NCBI GenBank assembly: GCA_018394315.1
Contig: CP074575.1
Span: forward strand, 2,078,615 to 2,142,614
Source: Mycoplasmatota bacterium
Lineage (GTDB): Bacteria; Bacillota_I; Bacilli_A; MAG-NZ
DNA: 64,000 bases
Direction of reading: 5' to 3'
Below, one piece after another: positions 31,254 through 40,301 of this stretch. The notes below the pieces were generated by a model. That model saw only the letters and a program-made list of their open reading frames with translations. It ran no database searches and was not told the origin of the DNA. Position numbers and translations under genes: made by a program. How positions within the stretch are numbered: position 1 is the stretch's first letter; every line of letters begins with the position of its first letter.

Positions 31254-31285
31254 AACTAGCCCTGAAAAATCAGGACTAGTTTTTT
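31254..31285. terminator. Intrinsic terminator
   Basis: AACTAGcCCTGA-aaaa-TCAGGaCTAGTTTTT. Confidence 0.7.
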
Positions 31286-31286
31286 A

Positions 31287-32294
31287 CTATAAATTAAATA
31301 TACTTAATAAGGAAAATTTAATATCCTCTCTTATCATTTCGTTTTCTATAGTACTATCAATTGATTGATGAAGTACTTTTATTTTCGCTTTAGACCCTAT
31401 AAATCTCTCCTCAAGTAATTCGAAGTTTTCCATTATAATTGAATCAGTATTAATAAAGCAACTAGAGATTAAGCCATCATCTATATCTAAATCAATATCG
31501 AAAGTCCCCCAGTCAAATTTTTGAGTAGTATTTATGTTACATTTTGGACTTTCTTTCATATTCCATTCCCATGTATTGTACTTTCTTGCATAATCTTTTA
31601 TTAACTTAAAATCATCTAGAACCTGTACTTCAAGTGATAACTCATCATTGTATAATCTATTAAATGATTCAATTAACTTTTTCTTAAGACTTCCGATTGT
31701 TACTTCCTCATTTAGTTCTTTTAAATTAGTAACACGAGATCTAATTGATTCAATTCCCTTACTTGTTACTTTAACCTTGGCAGGTGTAAGATAATTAACT
31801 AACTTTTCTAATGCAACATTAACAAGTAAGGTACCATGATGACAACAAACTTCATCTTCTTCCATAAACGCGTTACCAGAAAACTTTTTCCCATCTACAG
31901 TTAAATCGTTGCGGCCAGTATAATTACCTACTATCCCAAAAGACTTTAATGCATCTAATATAACTTCAAGTTGCTTTTTTATATTATAAGTCGAACTATG
32001 AGCAATAAAAGTAAAATTCAGATTACCTAAATCATGGTATACTGCACCACCACCAGATAGTCGCCTTACTAGTTTAACATTGTCTTCTTTTAATAATTCT
32101 ATGTTACACTCTTTTACCGGATTTTGATTTCTACCAATAACAACAGTATTTTTATTCTGCCACAAATAAAATATAACCTCTTCTTTTTTGCATACAGACA
32201 TTAAATATTCTTCATAAGACAAGTTAACTGCTGGATCAAAACTGTTAGATATATATATTTGATTCGTTTTACCCAAAATGAATTCCACGCTCAT
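31287..32294 (-). CDS. lplA: Lipoate-protein ligase A
   Basis: VIGRNQN, RRLSGGGAVYHDLGNLNFTF, KKFSGNA, HHGTLL, SIRSRVTN. Confidence 0.95.
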   Translation of the reverse strand: MSVEFILGKTNQIYISNSFDPAVNLSYEEYLMSVCKKEEVIFYLWQNKNTVVIGRNQNPVKECNIELLKEDNVKLVRRLSGGGAVYHDLGNLNFTFIAHSSTYNIKKQLEVILDALKSFGIVGNYTGRNDLTVDGKKFSGNAFMEEDEVCCHHGTLLVNVALEKLVNYLTPAKVKVTSKGIESIRSRVTNLKELNEEVTIGSLKKKLIESFNRLYNDELSLEVQVLDDFKLIKDYARKYNTWEWNMKESPKCNINTTQKFDWGTFDIDLDIDDGLISSCFINTDSIIMENFELLEERFIGSKAKIKVLHQSIDSTIENEMIREDIKFSLLSIFNL

Positions 32295-33975
32295 CTAACA
32301 TAAGAAGCCCTTCATGAATACCCTCTGATAAAGTAGGATGAGCATATATAACTTTCCTTGCTTTATTTAGGTCTGTTTTTTCGTATATTAGATTAGAGAT
32401 TGTCGCAATTAATTCAGTACCACTACCTCCAACAATTGCTCCTCCGACCAGACAATTTGAGTCTTTATCAGCAATCAGTTTTATGAATCCTTCAGGTTTA
32501 TTCATTGCTAATGCTTTACCACTTGCTATAAATGGAAATTTAACTATATTTACATTAATTCCTTGCTCATATGCCTCAGCTTCACTAATTCCAACAGTAC
32601 CGACTTCAGGAGATGTAAATATTGCACTTGGAACAACGCTATAATCCATCTTGTGATCTAAACCACTAATATGCTCAGCAGCTACTATTCCCTGGTGAGA
32701 TGCAACGTGAGCAAGTTGAATAATATCTGTTAAATCGCCTATTGCATAAATTTTTTCATTCGAAGTTCGCATATATTCATTGACTTTTACACCTGTTCCG
32801 GTTTCATTCAAATCGACACCCAACATATTTAGATCAATCGAATCTAAATTCGCTTTTCTTCCAACTGCCATAAGAACTTTTTCGCTCGTAACCAAATATT
32901 TTTCTTCTTCAACTGCCATCTCAGTTACCAGTTGATTATTAATTGTTTTCTTTATACTTACAGCTTTCGCCCCATCATATATATTAATTCCTTTTTCTAT
33001 AGCAGATTTTCTTACTACTTCACTTACATCCGAGTCTAAACATGAAAGAACTCTTGGTATATATTCAATAACACTTACATCAGTCCCAAGAGCGTTATAA
33101 ATAAACGCTATCTCCATACCAATGATACCACCGCCAATGATAGTTAAAGACTTTGGTATTTCTTTAAGTTCTAGAATCTCTTTACTAGTAAGTACATATT
33201 GAGTTCCTTCTATTGGAATAATCTTTGGAGATGCGCCCAAAGCTAATATCATATTATTAAATTTTAAGGTTATATCTATTTTGTTTGTTTTTATATTTAA
33301 TGTTTCTTTATCCTCTGCAACTGCCTCACCTTTTAATACTCTAATGTTATGCTTATCCATTAAACCATTTATCCCAGTTACAAGTTGTTCAACTACTTCA
33401 TCTTTCCTCTTGATCACACTTTCAAAATCAATAGAAAGACTGTCTACTTTAAAACCATACTGATTACTCTTTTTAATATTCTCAAGTACTGAAGTACTTT
33501 GAACTAAAGCTTTTGTAGGAATACACCCGTAATTCAAACAAGTTCCACCTATTTTATCTTTCTCAATTAAGACTGTATTAAGTCCAAGTTGTGCAGCTCT
33601 AATAGCTGCAACGTAACCTCCAGGTCCACCACCAACTACTACTACATCACAATAAATTTCTTCTGTAGATGGTGTGTTTAATCCAAATGAATAGGCTTTT
33701 TTCTTTACGTTAGGTTTTGAAGGTGCTTTTTCAGGTTCCTCGCTATTAATTAATCCAATTACCTGGTTAATTTTGACTTTGTCTCCTTCTTCTATATCAA
33801 GTTCTAGTAATACACCTTCGTATGGTGATTTGAATTTTATTGTGCCCTTACCTGATTCTATAGTGAATAACTGATCACCGATTTTTATTTCATCACCTAT
33901 ATGTACATTAATTTTACCTACTCTACCTTCTCTATCATGTCCAGATAATTTATCTATAGTTATTTTCGCTGCCAT
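32269..33975 (-). CDS. lpdA: Dihydrolipoyl dehydrogenase with fused N-terminal lipoyl domain
   Basis: Lipoyl domain (IESGKG), GGGPGGYVAA, GGTCLNYGCIP, HPTLSE. Confidence 0.93.
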   Translation of the reverse strand: MAAKITIDKLSGHDREGRVGKINVHIGDEIKIGDQLFTIESGKGTIKFKSPYEGVLLELDIEEGDKVKINQVIGLINSEEPEKAPSKPNVKKKAYSFGLNTPSTEEIYCDVVVVGGGPGGYVAAIRAAQLGLNTVLIEKDKIGGTCLNYGCIPTKALVQSTSVLENIKKSNQYGFKVDSLSIDFESVIKRKDEVVEQLVTGINGLMDKHNIRVLKGEAVAEDKETLNIKTNKIDITLKFNNMILALGASPKIIPIEGTQYVLTSKEILELKEIPKSLTIIGGGIIGMEIAFIYNALGTDVSVIEYIPRVLSCLDSDVSEVVRKSAIEKGINIYDGAKAVSIKKTINNQLVTEMAVEEEKYLVTSEKVLMAVGRKANLDSIDLNMLGVDLNETGTGVKVNEYMRTSNEKIYAIGDLTDIIQLAHVASHQGIVAAEHISGLDHKMDYSVVPSAIFTSPEVGTVGISEAEAYEQGINVNIVKFPFIASGKALAMNKPEGFIKLIADKDSNCLVGGAIVGGSGTELIATISNLIYEKTDLNKARKVIYAHPTLSEGIHEGLLMLDERGIHFG

Positions 33976-34002
33976 TCTAATTCTCCTTCACTGTTATAAA
34001 AT

Positions 34003-34039
34003 AAAGTATCAAACTATTTCGGCAATAGTTTGATACTTT
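34003..34039. terminator. 16-bp stem hairpin between the CMD gene and lpdA
   Basis: AAAGTATCAAACTATT-tcggc-AATAGTTTGATACTTT. Confidence 0.7.
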
Positions 34040-34049
34040 TTAACCTCTA

Positions 34050-34400
34050 CTATTTAAAGTCAGCTTCAAACTCATCTAAACATTCTTTTAGTAAAGTTAC
34101 TGTGTATGCCATTGCTGGTCCACCACCAAAGGCTACAGAAACCATTGCAGCTTCGATTATTTCTTCTCTTGTTGCTCCAGCTTCAAAAGCCTTATAGCTG
34201 TGATAAACAATACAGTATTCACATCTATTGTAACATCCGATAGCTACACTAAGTAGCTCTTTAGTTTTCAAATCAATTGCTTTTGGTTCGTATGTTGCAC
34301 CAAGTAACTCCATGAACGCATTTACCTCATTAGGATTCGTTTCTCCTAAAGTTCCTAGTCCGCCTACAAAGGCATTCAACATTTCTCTAACATTGTGCAT
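34050..34400 (-). CDS. Carboxymuconolactone decarboxylase / AhpD-like protein with CxxC
   Basis: KTKELLSVAI...CEYCIVYH...AGATREEI.EA...GGGPA. Start at ATG 34400 after GGAGGA. Confidence 0.9.
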   Translation of the reverse strand: MHNVREMLNAFVGGLGTLGETNPNEVNAFMELLGATYEPKAIDLKTKELLSVAIGCYNRCEYCIVYHSYKAFEAGATREEIIEAAMVSVAFGGGPAMAYTVTLLKECLDEFEADFK

Positions 34401-34424
34401 AATCAATCCTCCAATTGTTATTAT

Positions 34425-34508
34425 TTGCTACAACAACTAACATTATACATAATCAAAATAATGTTACTTGCTATAACAATGTTTGCTTAAGCAAGTGTAG
34501 TATAACAA
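34425..34508. promoter_or_regulatory. Array of palindromic operator sites TTGCTnnARCAA, probable MarR boxes
   Basis: TTGCTACAACAA (34425-36), TTGCTATAACAA (34468-79), perfect TTGCTTAAGCAA (34483-94), partial GTAGTATAACAA (34497-508). Confidence 0.7.
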
Positions 34509-34631
34509 ATTGGATATTAATAATCAACATATATTATAATATTTTTCTAAAAGAAAATAGTCATCTAAAAGATGACCTCATATTAGTATAAAATTACCAT
34601 CTGATTCACTAAGATAAATAAACTATTTCGA

Positions 34632-35069
34632 TTAATAATCCTCATAACCTTGTACATTTATAAGCATCTGATCAAGAACTTTTTGAAAGACTTCAAATTC
34701 TTCGTCAGAAATCCCTTTTAATAACAATTTGCTAAACTTTAATCCAACTGGCATTAGTTTAGTTATTAAATTGGTTCCCTTTTCTGTTAAGTAGATGTAA
34801 ATTATTCTTCGGTCAACTTCACTACGTTTTCTAACGAGTAAATCATCTCTTTCCATTCTTTGAACAAGTCGCATACTACTTGAGTCATTAATATTCATCA
34901 ACCGAGAAAGTTCTCTTTGAGATATTGTACCTTCAGTAAAAATAAAGTATAAAGCAACCCATTGAATTCTAGTAATATTATAACTTTCTAACCACTTTCC
35001 AAATACTTCTAAAACTTGTTTACTAGTTCCTTCTGTTATGTAACTCACACACTTATTTATATTAAAAAT
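34632..35069 (-). CDS. MarR-family regulator, probable ATT start at 35069
   Basis: ITRIQW.AL, SQRELS, DRR...LT.KG. AAGGAGGGG lies 7 nt before an in-frame ATT, whereas GTG 35048 lacks a nearby RBS. Confidence 0.85.
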   Translation of the reverse strand: MFNINKCVSYITEGTSKQVLEVFGKWLESYNITRIQWVALYFIFTEGTISQRELSRLMNINDSSSMRLVQRMERDDLLVRKRSEVDRRIIYIYLTEKGTNLITKLMPVGLKFSKLLLKGISDEEFEVFQKVLDQMLINVQGYEDY

Positions 35070-35297
35070 ATTAAAACCCCTCCTTAGGACTATTTTATAA
35101 AATCATGAGACAAGCATTAATTGAGTAGTTCTATAGATATATTAAAAATGGAATGGTGATTAAATCACCAATCCGTTTATTTTCTTATTTTATTATAGCA
35201 TACGTTGTATCTATTTACGATATGATGCATCATTTTATACGTAACATTCAGTTTGTTGTCAGTCTTAATCTCCATAAGCGTATTTAAAATACTTAAA

Positions 35298-35924
35298 TTA
35301 ATCCCAACTTTCAACCCAGTCCTTTATTTCCTTTTCAGTCATAGTTCTAGGTTTACCAATTTGAAGGGAGTGATGATAAATCTTTGCAGCATCCTCAATA
35401 TACTCCGCTCTTATGTATGCCTTAGATAAATCTTCACCAACAGCTATTGCCCCATGGTTTTGCATTAATGAAGCAGGTGAATTTCTTAAAACTTTACATA
35501 CAGAAATTCCTAATTCTCTTGAACCAGGTGAAGCATACTTTGATACTTTTAAATCTCCACCTAAGAATGGAACCATTTCAATTAAGATTGTAGGGATTTC
35601 TTTATTTACTACTGCAAATGATGTTGCATAAGGAGAATGGGTATGTACTACTGCATTTACAGTATCTAGCTGATGAAAAATTTCTAGATGCATTTTCCAT
35701 TCACTTGAAGGTTTATGATCTCCCTCTAGTTTGATTCCATCTTGATCAACTATAACAATATCTTTTACGGTCATTGTTTCATATCTTACTGAACTTGGTG
35801 TTATTGCCATCACTTTGTTTTCTCTATCAAAAACACTCAAGTTACCACTAGTACCAGCAAATAATTTTCCTGCAAATGCATCTTTTGAATACTTTAGCAC
35901 TTCTTCTTTTAATTTTGTGTACAT
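35298..35924 (-). CDS. Class II aldolase (FucA/DrdA/Ald2-like)
   Basis: GTSGNLS, PSSEWKMH, HTHS, NHG metal ligands. Confidence 0.9.
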   Translation of the reverse strand: MYTKLKEEVLKYSKDAFAGKLFAGTSGNLSVFDRENKVMAITPSSVRYETMTVKDIVIVDQDGIKLEGDHKPSSEWKMHLEIFHQLDTVNAVVHTHSPYATSFAVVNKEIPTILIEMVPFLGGDLKVSKYASPGSRELGISVCKVLRNSPASLMQNHGAIAVGEDLSKAYIRAEYIEDAAKIYHHSLQIGKPRTMTEKEIKDWVESWD

Positions 35925-35932
35925 AATTCCTC

Positions 35933-37099
35933 CTAAAGAGCTACTTTCAAAATATTGATTATATCACTCTCATATAACTCCTTGAAGCCACCGATAACTG
36001 GATTAGGTCTATCATGAACACATTTTTTTGCTAATGAATCTATCACTTTTTCAGGAACGTCTATCTCACTTAATCTGGTAGGTAAACCAATCTCTTTATA
36101 CCACTCTTCTAATTTGTTAATCCCCATTAGTACAATTTCTTCATCACTCATGCTAGGATCAATACTAAAGATTTGAGTGAACAGTTGAGTAAACTTTTTG
36201 ATATTATCTTTATTTACATATCTCATCCAAGCTAAAAATACTATAGATAAACCAGCACCATGTGCTACATCATTATATCCACTTAATTCATGTTCAATTG
36301 CATGAGAAGACCAATCCTCTATTCTTCCTACACCTAAAGATCCATTATGCGCATACGTTCCAGCTAGCATAATCTCTGCTCTTAGGTCATAGTCCTGAGT
36401 ATCTTTAAGTAATTTCGGACCTAACTCAATAACGCTTTTTATAGCTCCCATTAAAAGATAATCCGTAAAAACAACATTCTTTTCATTAGTAAAATATCTT
36501 TCGAACATATGTGCTAACATGTCCGATAAACCACATGATGTCTGATAATCAGGTAAACTAAAAGTATTTACTGGATTCATAATTGCAAACTTAGGAAATA
36601 TGTATCCACTACCAAATGATCTTTTCAACATACCATCTTCCTTAGTTAAAACTGACCATGGAGAAGCCTCACTTCCAGCTGCAGGAATAGTCAAAACAAC
36701 TCCTACTGGTAATGCATCGGTTACAACTTTACCTTGGTAGAAATCCCATACATTATGTTCTACTAAAGCACCAGCTGCAATTGCTTTCGCGCTATCTATA
36801 ACACTCCCTCCACCAACAGCTAAGATAAACTTCACATTTTGTTCTTTGCAAATTCTAATACCTTCTTCTACCATTGATAATACAGGATTTGGTTTAACTC
36901 CACCTAATTCTATAACTTCAATATTTGCTTCACTAAGCAATTTCATAATTTTATCGTATAGCCCAGTTCTTTTGATTGAGCCACCACCATAATGTAATAG
37001 TACTCTTTTCGAATATTTAAGTATTTCTTCTGGTAATCTTACCTCACTATCTTTACCAAAGATTAACCTTGTTGGATTAAAATAACTAAAGTTTTGCAT
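35933..37099 (-). CDS. Iron-containing alcohol dehydrogenase (BdhA/YqhD-like)
   Basis: NFSYFNPT, GGGSVIDSAK, TIPAAGSE, HAIEHELS, HGAGL. Confidence 0.93.
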   Translation of the reverse strand: MQNFSYFNPTRLIFGKDSEVRLPEEILKYSKRVLLHYGGGSIKRTGLYDKIMKLLSEANIEVIELGGVKPNPVLSMVEEGIRICKEQNVKFILAVGGGSVIDSAKAIAAGALVEHNVWDFYQGKVVTDALPVGVVLTIPAAGSEASPWSVLTKEDGMLKRSFGSGYIFPKFAIMNPVNTFSLPDYQTSCGLSDMLAHMFERYFTNEKNVVFTDYLLMGAIKSVIELGPKLLKDTQDYDLRAEIMLAGTYAHNGSLGVGRIEDWSSHAIEHELSGYNDVAHGAGLSIVFLAWMRYVNKDNIKKFTQLFTQIFSIDPSMSDEEIVLMGINKLEEWYKEIGLPTRLSEIDVPEKVIDSLAKKCVHDRPNPVIGGFKELYESDIINILKVAL

Positions 37100-37110
37100 A
37101 TTTACCTCCT

Positions 37111-38178
37111 TTAAGCTAGAACGCTTTCTCCTGTTAGTTTAAAATATCTTTCTAAATCATATGGAGAGAAAATACCTTGGTCTGTAACCACACCTGATAC
37201 TAAATGCGGTGGAGTAATGTCAAATGAAGGATAATATCCTTTTACTCCCTCCATAGCTGTTCTTACTCCCATAGCTTGCAATACATAATTTGGATCTCTA
37301 TACTCAATATTTACCGTATCTACAGTAGGATGCCCATAGTCTGGTCCTCCAGTTACAAAGTAAGGGATTCCAAAATGCTTAGCTATGATCGAATATTGGA
37401 ACGTACCAATTTTATTACATACGTGTCCGTCTGTGCAGATTGCATCTGCCGCAGAAGTGTATAAATCAATTTTTTCCTGTTGCATTACGAATGCAACCAT
37501 ATTATCAGTAATTAAAGTTGTTTCAAATCCCATTTCATAAATAACACTAGCTGTTAGTTTTGCACCTTGAAAATATGGTCTTGTTTCAGGTACAAAAAAC
37601 TTTATATCTAAATCTCTTTTTTTTGCTACTTTACACATCATACCTACAATAGTTTCACCAAAGCACTGTGTCATTACTTTACCTTTTTTAGGGAACATAT
37701 CTACTAGATACTCAGCTGCTTTCTCCATCTTCTTATATCTTTTATTATTTATTTCAACTGTGTCATCAACAATTGCCTGTGATGGATCTTTACCAGCATT
37801 AATAGCATCCTTTGCAACATCCAATGCTCTACCACATAAGATTTTCATTCTGTTCACTGTAGTTGGTCTAGCATGTGCAATTGTATCCGCTGCCTTAGTT
37901 ATATAATCTATTTGCTCTTCTTTTGGCATGTCTTTAGATTCATAAGCTGCTAGTGCAACACCCATTTTAGCAGCAGTATAAGGTCCAGCACTTTGAGTTA
38001 CCATATCTGTAATTGCTTGCCTAACCTCTATATGATGTTTACAAGTAACAAAAGAAACTTCGGTTGGATAAATTCTTCTATCTAATATCCTTACTTCACC
38101 ATTTTCATACCATGCTATATTTTCATATTTAAGTAAAAACGCTAATCCTTGATCTGCTCTTTCCATACTATACCTCAT
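37111..38178 (-). CDS. mtnA: Methylthioribose-1-phosphate isomerase-like (eIF2B family), divergent
   Basis: ILDRRIYP, ARPT.VN, TQC, ETRPYFQGAKLT, AD...G.VCNKIGT, FDITP. Confidence 0.82.
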   Translation of the reverse strand: MRYSMERADQGLAFLLKYENIAWYENGEVRILDRRIYPTEVSFVTCKHHIEVRQAITDMVTQSAGPYTAAKMGVALAAYESKDMPKEEQIDYITKAADTIAHARPTTVNRMKILCGRALDVAKDAINAGKDPSQAIVDDTVEINNKRYKKMEKAAEYLVDMFPKKGKVMTQCFGETIVGMMCKVAKKRDLDIKFFVPETRPYFQGAKLTASVIYEMGFETTLITDNMVAFVMQQEKIDLYTSAADAICTDGHVCNKIGTFQYSIIAKHFGIPYFVTGGPDYGHPTVDTVNIEYRDPNYVLQAMGVRTAMEGVKGYYPSFDITPPHLVSGVVTDQGIFSPYDLERYFKLTGESVLA

Positions 38179-39463
38179 ATAATCTTTCTATAATTTTCTC
38201 GATTTCACTATAAGTACTATCCACATCTATTGTGAGATAATTACCATCCTCATAAATAATCTCTCCATCAACCATAGTCATACAGACATCAGAACCTTGT
38301 GCTGAATAAACGATTGCCTCTAAATGATTTAGATTTGGGATTAAATGTGGTTTTTTAAAATCTAATGCTATTATGTCTGCTTTGTAACCGACTACAATCA
38401 AGCCAGAATTTAATCTACCTTGCATTTTGGCTCCGTTAACTGTTGCCATTTTTATAATATCTTTAGCAGATAATACTGTAGGATCGTTTTGTTTTCCTTT
38501 ATGTATTAATGCAGCAATATGCATCTCTTCAAACATGTTTAAGTTATTATTAGATGCAGTTCCATCAGTTCCTAGTGTTACGTTAATACCCATATCTATC
38601 ATTTTAGGAACTCTAGCAAATCCACTACCTAACTTCATATTACTAGTAGGGTTATGAACTACAGTTACATCATTTTCTTTAATGATCTCTAAATCCTCAT
38701 CTTCAAGCCAAACTCCATGTGCAAATTGACAAGATGTTTTAAGCGTACCTAAATCCCTAAACCATTTTGTAGGAGTTTTACCACGTCTATCCTTACATTC
38801 ATCATGCTCTTTTTTTGTCTCAGAGACATGTACATGAACATTTGCATTTCTTTTCTTCGCTTCTAAAGAATATGCTCTTACAATTTTTTCAGTTGATGTA
38901 TACTCAGCGTGAATACTGAAATCAACTCTTATTCTTCCGTTATGAGCTAAATTATAATTATCATATAGTTCAATAGACTCCTTGAATCTTTCATTAGACT
39001 CAGGTTCTTCTTCTGGGTCAAATGATAAGACAGGTCTTGGGATATTTGCTTTCATTTTAGCTTTAGTAATTTCTTCAATCTGAGTAACAGGTTCGAAATA
39101 CATATCAGAAAAAGAAACTGTACCTGTAGATATCATTTCCATCATTGCTAACCTAGTACCAATTCTAATATCGTTTTGAGTTAGTTTTTCTTCTACTGGC
39201 ATAACATTATCAAAAAGCCACTCGTGTAAAGGGAGTCCCCCACCAACATGTCTAAGTAAAACCATAGGTGAATGCGTATGACTATTCACTAAACCAGGCA
39301 TTAGAACTTTGTTATTCATGTCTTTTACAATGTCGTACTTTTCATTAGGCTCCTCACCTGATATATATATAATCTGATCATTCTCAACTCCCAAGAATCC
39401 ATTCTTAAGTACATCAAAGTTACTTCCAACTAGAATATCAGCATTTTTAAATAAGATCTTCAT
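38168..39463 (-). CDS. mtaD: MTA/SAH (5'-deoxyadenosine) deaminase-like amidohydrolase
   Basis: NSHTH, HVHVSET..E, AHGVW, HNPTSNMKLGSG, GTDG.ASNN. Confidence 0.85.
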   Translation of the reverse strand: MKILFKNADILVGSNFDVLKNGFLGVENDQIIYISGEEPNEKYDIVKDMNNKVLMPGLVNSHTHSPMVLLRHVGGGLPLHEWLFDNVMPVEEKLTQNDIRIGTRLAMMEMISTGTVSFSDMYFEPVTQIEEITKAKMKANIPRPVLSFDPEEEPESNERFKESIELYDNYNLAHNGRIRVDFSIHAEYTSTEKIVRAYSLEAKKRNANVHVHVSETKKEHDECKDRRGKTPTKWFRDLGTLKTSCQFAHGVWLEDEDLEIIKENDVTVVHNPTSNMKLGSGFARVPKMIDMGINVTLGTDGTASNNNLNMFEEMHIAALIHKGKQNDPTVLSAKDIIKMATVNGAKMQGRLNSGLIVVGYKADIIALDFKKPHLIPNLNHLEAIVYSAQGSDVCMTMVDGEIIYEDGNYLTIDVDSTYSEIEKIIERLYEV

Positions 39464-39464
39464 A

Positions 39465-40295
39465 CTAAATTTCCTTTACTATGTTTCTTACCAATTTCTT
39501 AAGTTCAGCTGAAGCAATTTGGCCCATCTCTCTTACTTCCTCAGTTGTGATTGGTTGGTCTAATATACCCGCTGCAACATTAGTAATTAAAGACATCGCA
39601 AGTAAGTCCATCCCGCAATGAGCAGCAGTTAATGATTCTGTAACAGTTGACATTCCAACTGCATCTCCACCTAATATTCTAATAGCGTTTATTTCTGCAG
39701 GAGTCTCGAACTGAGGTCCTGTCCAGTAAAAATAATTACCTTCATGTATTTTTAATTTAGTATCCTTAGCGCATTTCTTAGCTAACTCTCTAAGTTTTGG
39801 TGTATACATTTGAGTTACATCGAAAAACCTAGGTCCAAATTCTTCTACGTTGTGACCTCTAAGTGGACTAGCACCCATAAATTTAAGATGATCCTTAATT
39901 ATCATTACGTCACCAGGTCTATAAGACATATTAACTCCGCCAGCAGCATTCGTAAGAATTGTTGTACCTACGCCTAGTAACTTAAACAATCGAATAGGTA
40001 TAACTAATTGTTCAAATGTATATCCCTCGTAATAGTGGAATCTACCATTCATACAAGCTACTTTCTTACCATTTAAAGTACCTAAGATAAGTGTTCCAGC
40101 CATCGCTTTTACTGTAGACTTTAGAAAATTAGGAATAGATTCAAAATCAATTACTACTTGATCTTCTATTTCATCAGCAACACTTCCACAAGCTGATCCT
40201 AAGATCAATCCAATCTCAGGTTTAAAATCAATCTTGTCTAATACATAATCTGCACTTTTCTTGAAAAACTCATAATCATAATTCATTCTTTTCAC
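39465..40295 (-). CDS. punA: Purine nucleoside phosphorylase (trimeric, inosine/guanosine type)
   Basis: GRFHYYEG, TNAAGG, GPQFETPAE, GMSTV.E, ITN. Confidence 0.9.
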   Translation of the reverse strand: MKRMNYDYEFFKKSADYVLDKIDFKPEIGLILGSACGSVADEIEDQVVIDFESIPNFLKSTVKAMAGTLILGTLNGKKVACMNGRFHYYEGYTFEQLVIPIRLFKLLGVGTTILTNAAGGVNMSYRPGDVMIIKDHLKFMGASPLRGHNVEEFGPRFFDVTQMYTPKLRELAKKCAKDTKLKIHEGNYFYWTGPQFETPAEINAIRILGGDAVGMSTVTESLTAAHCGMDLLAMSLITNVAAGILDQPITTEEVREMGQIASAELKKLVRNIVKEI

Positions 40296-40301
40296 CCTTT
40301 C

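Noticed and set aside
32269..33975. lpdA as part of a pyruvate/acetoin dehydrogenase operon
   Set aside because: No E1 or E2 genes flank it; the neighbours are CMD, MarR and LplA.
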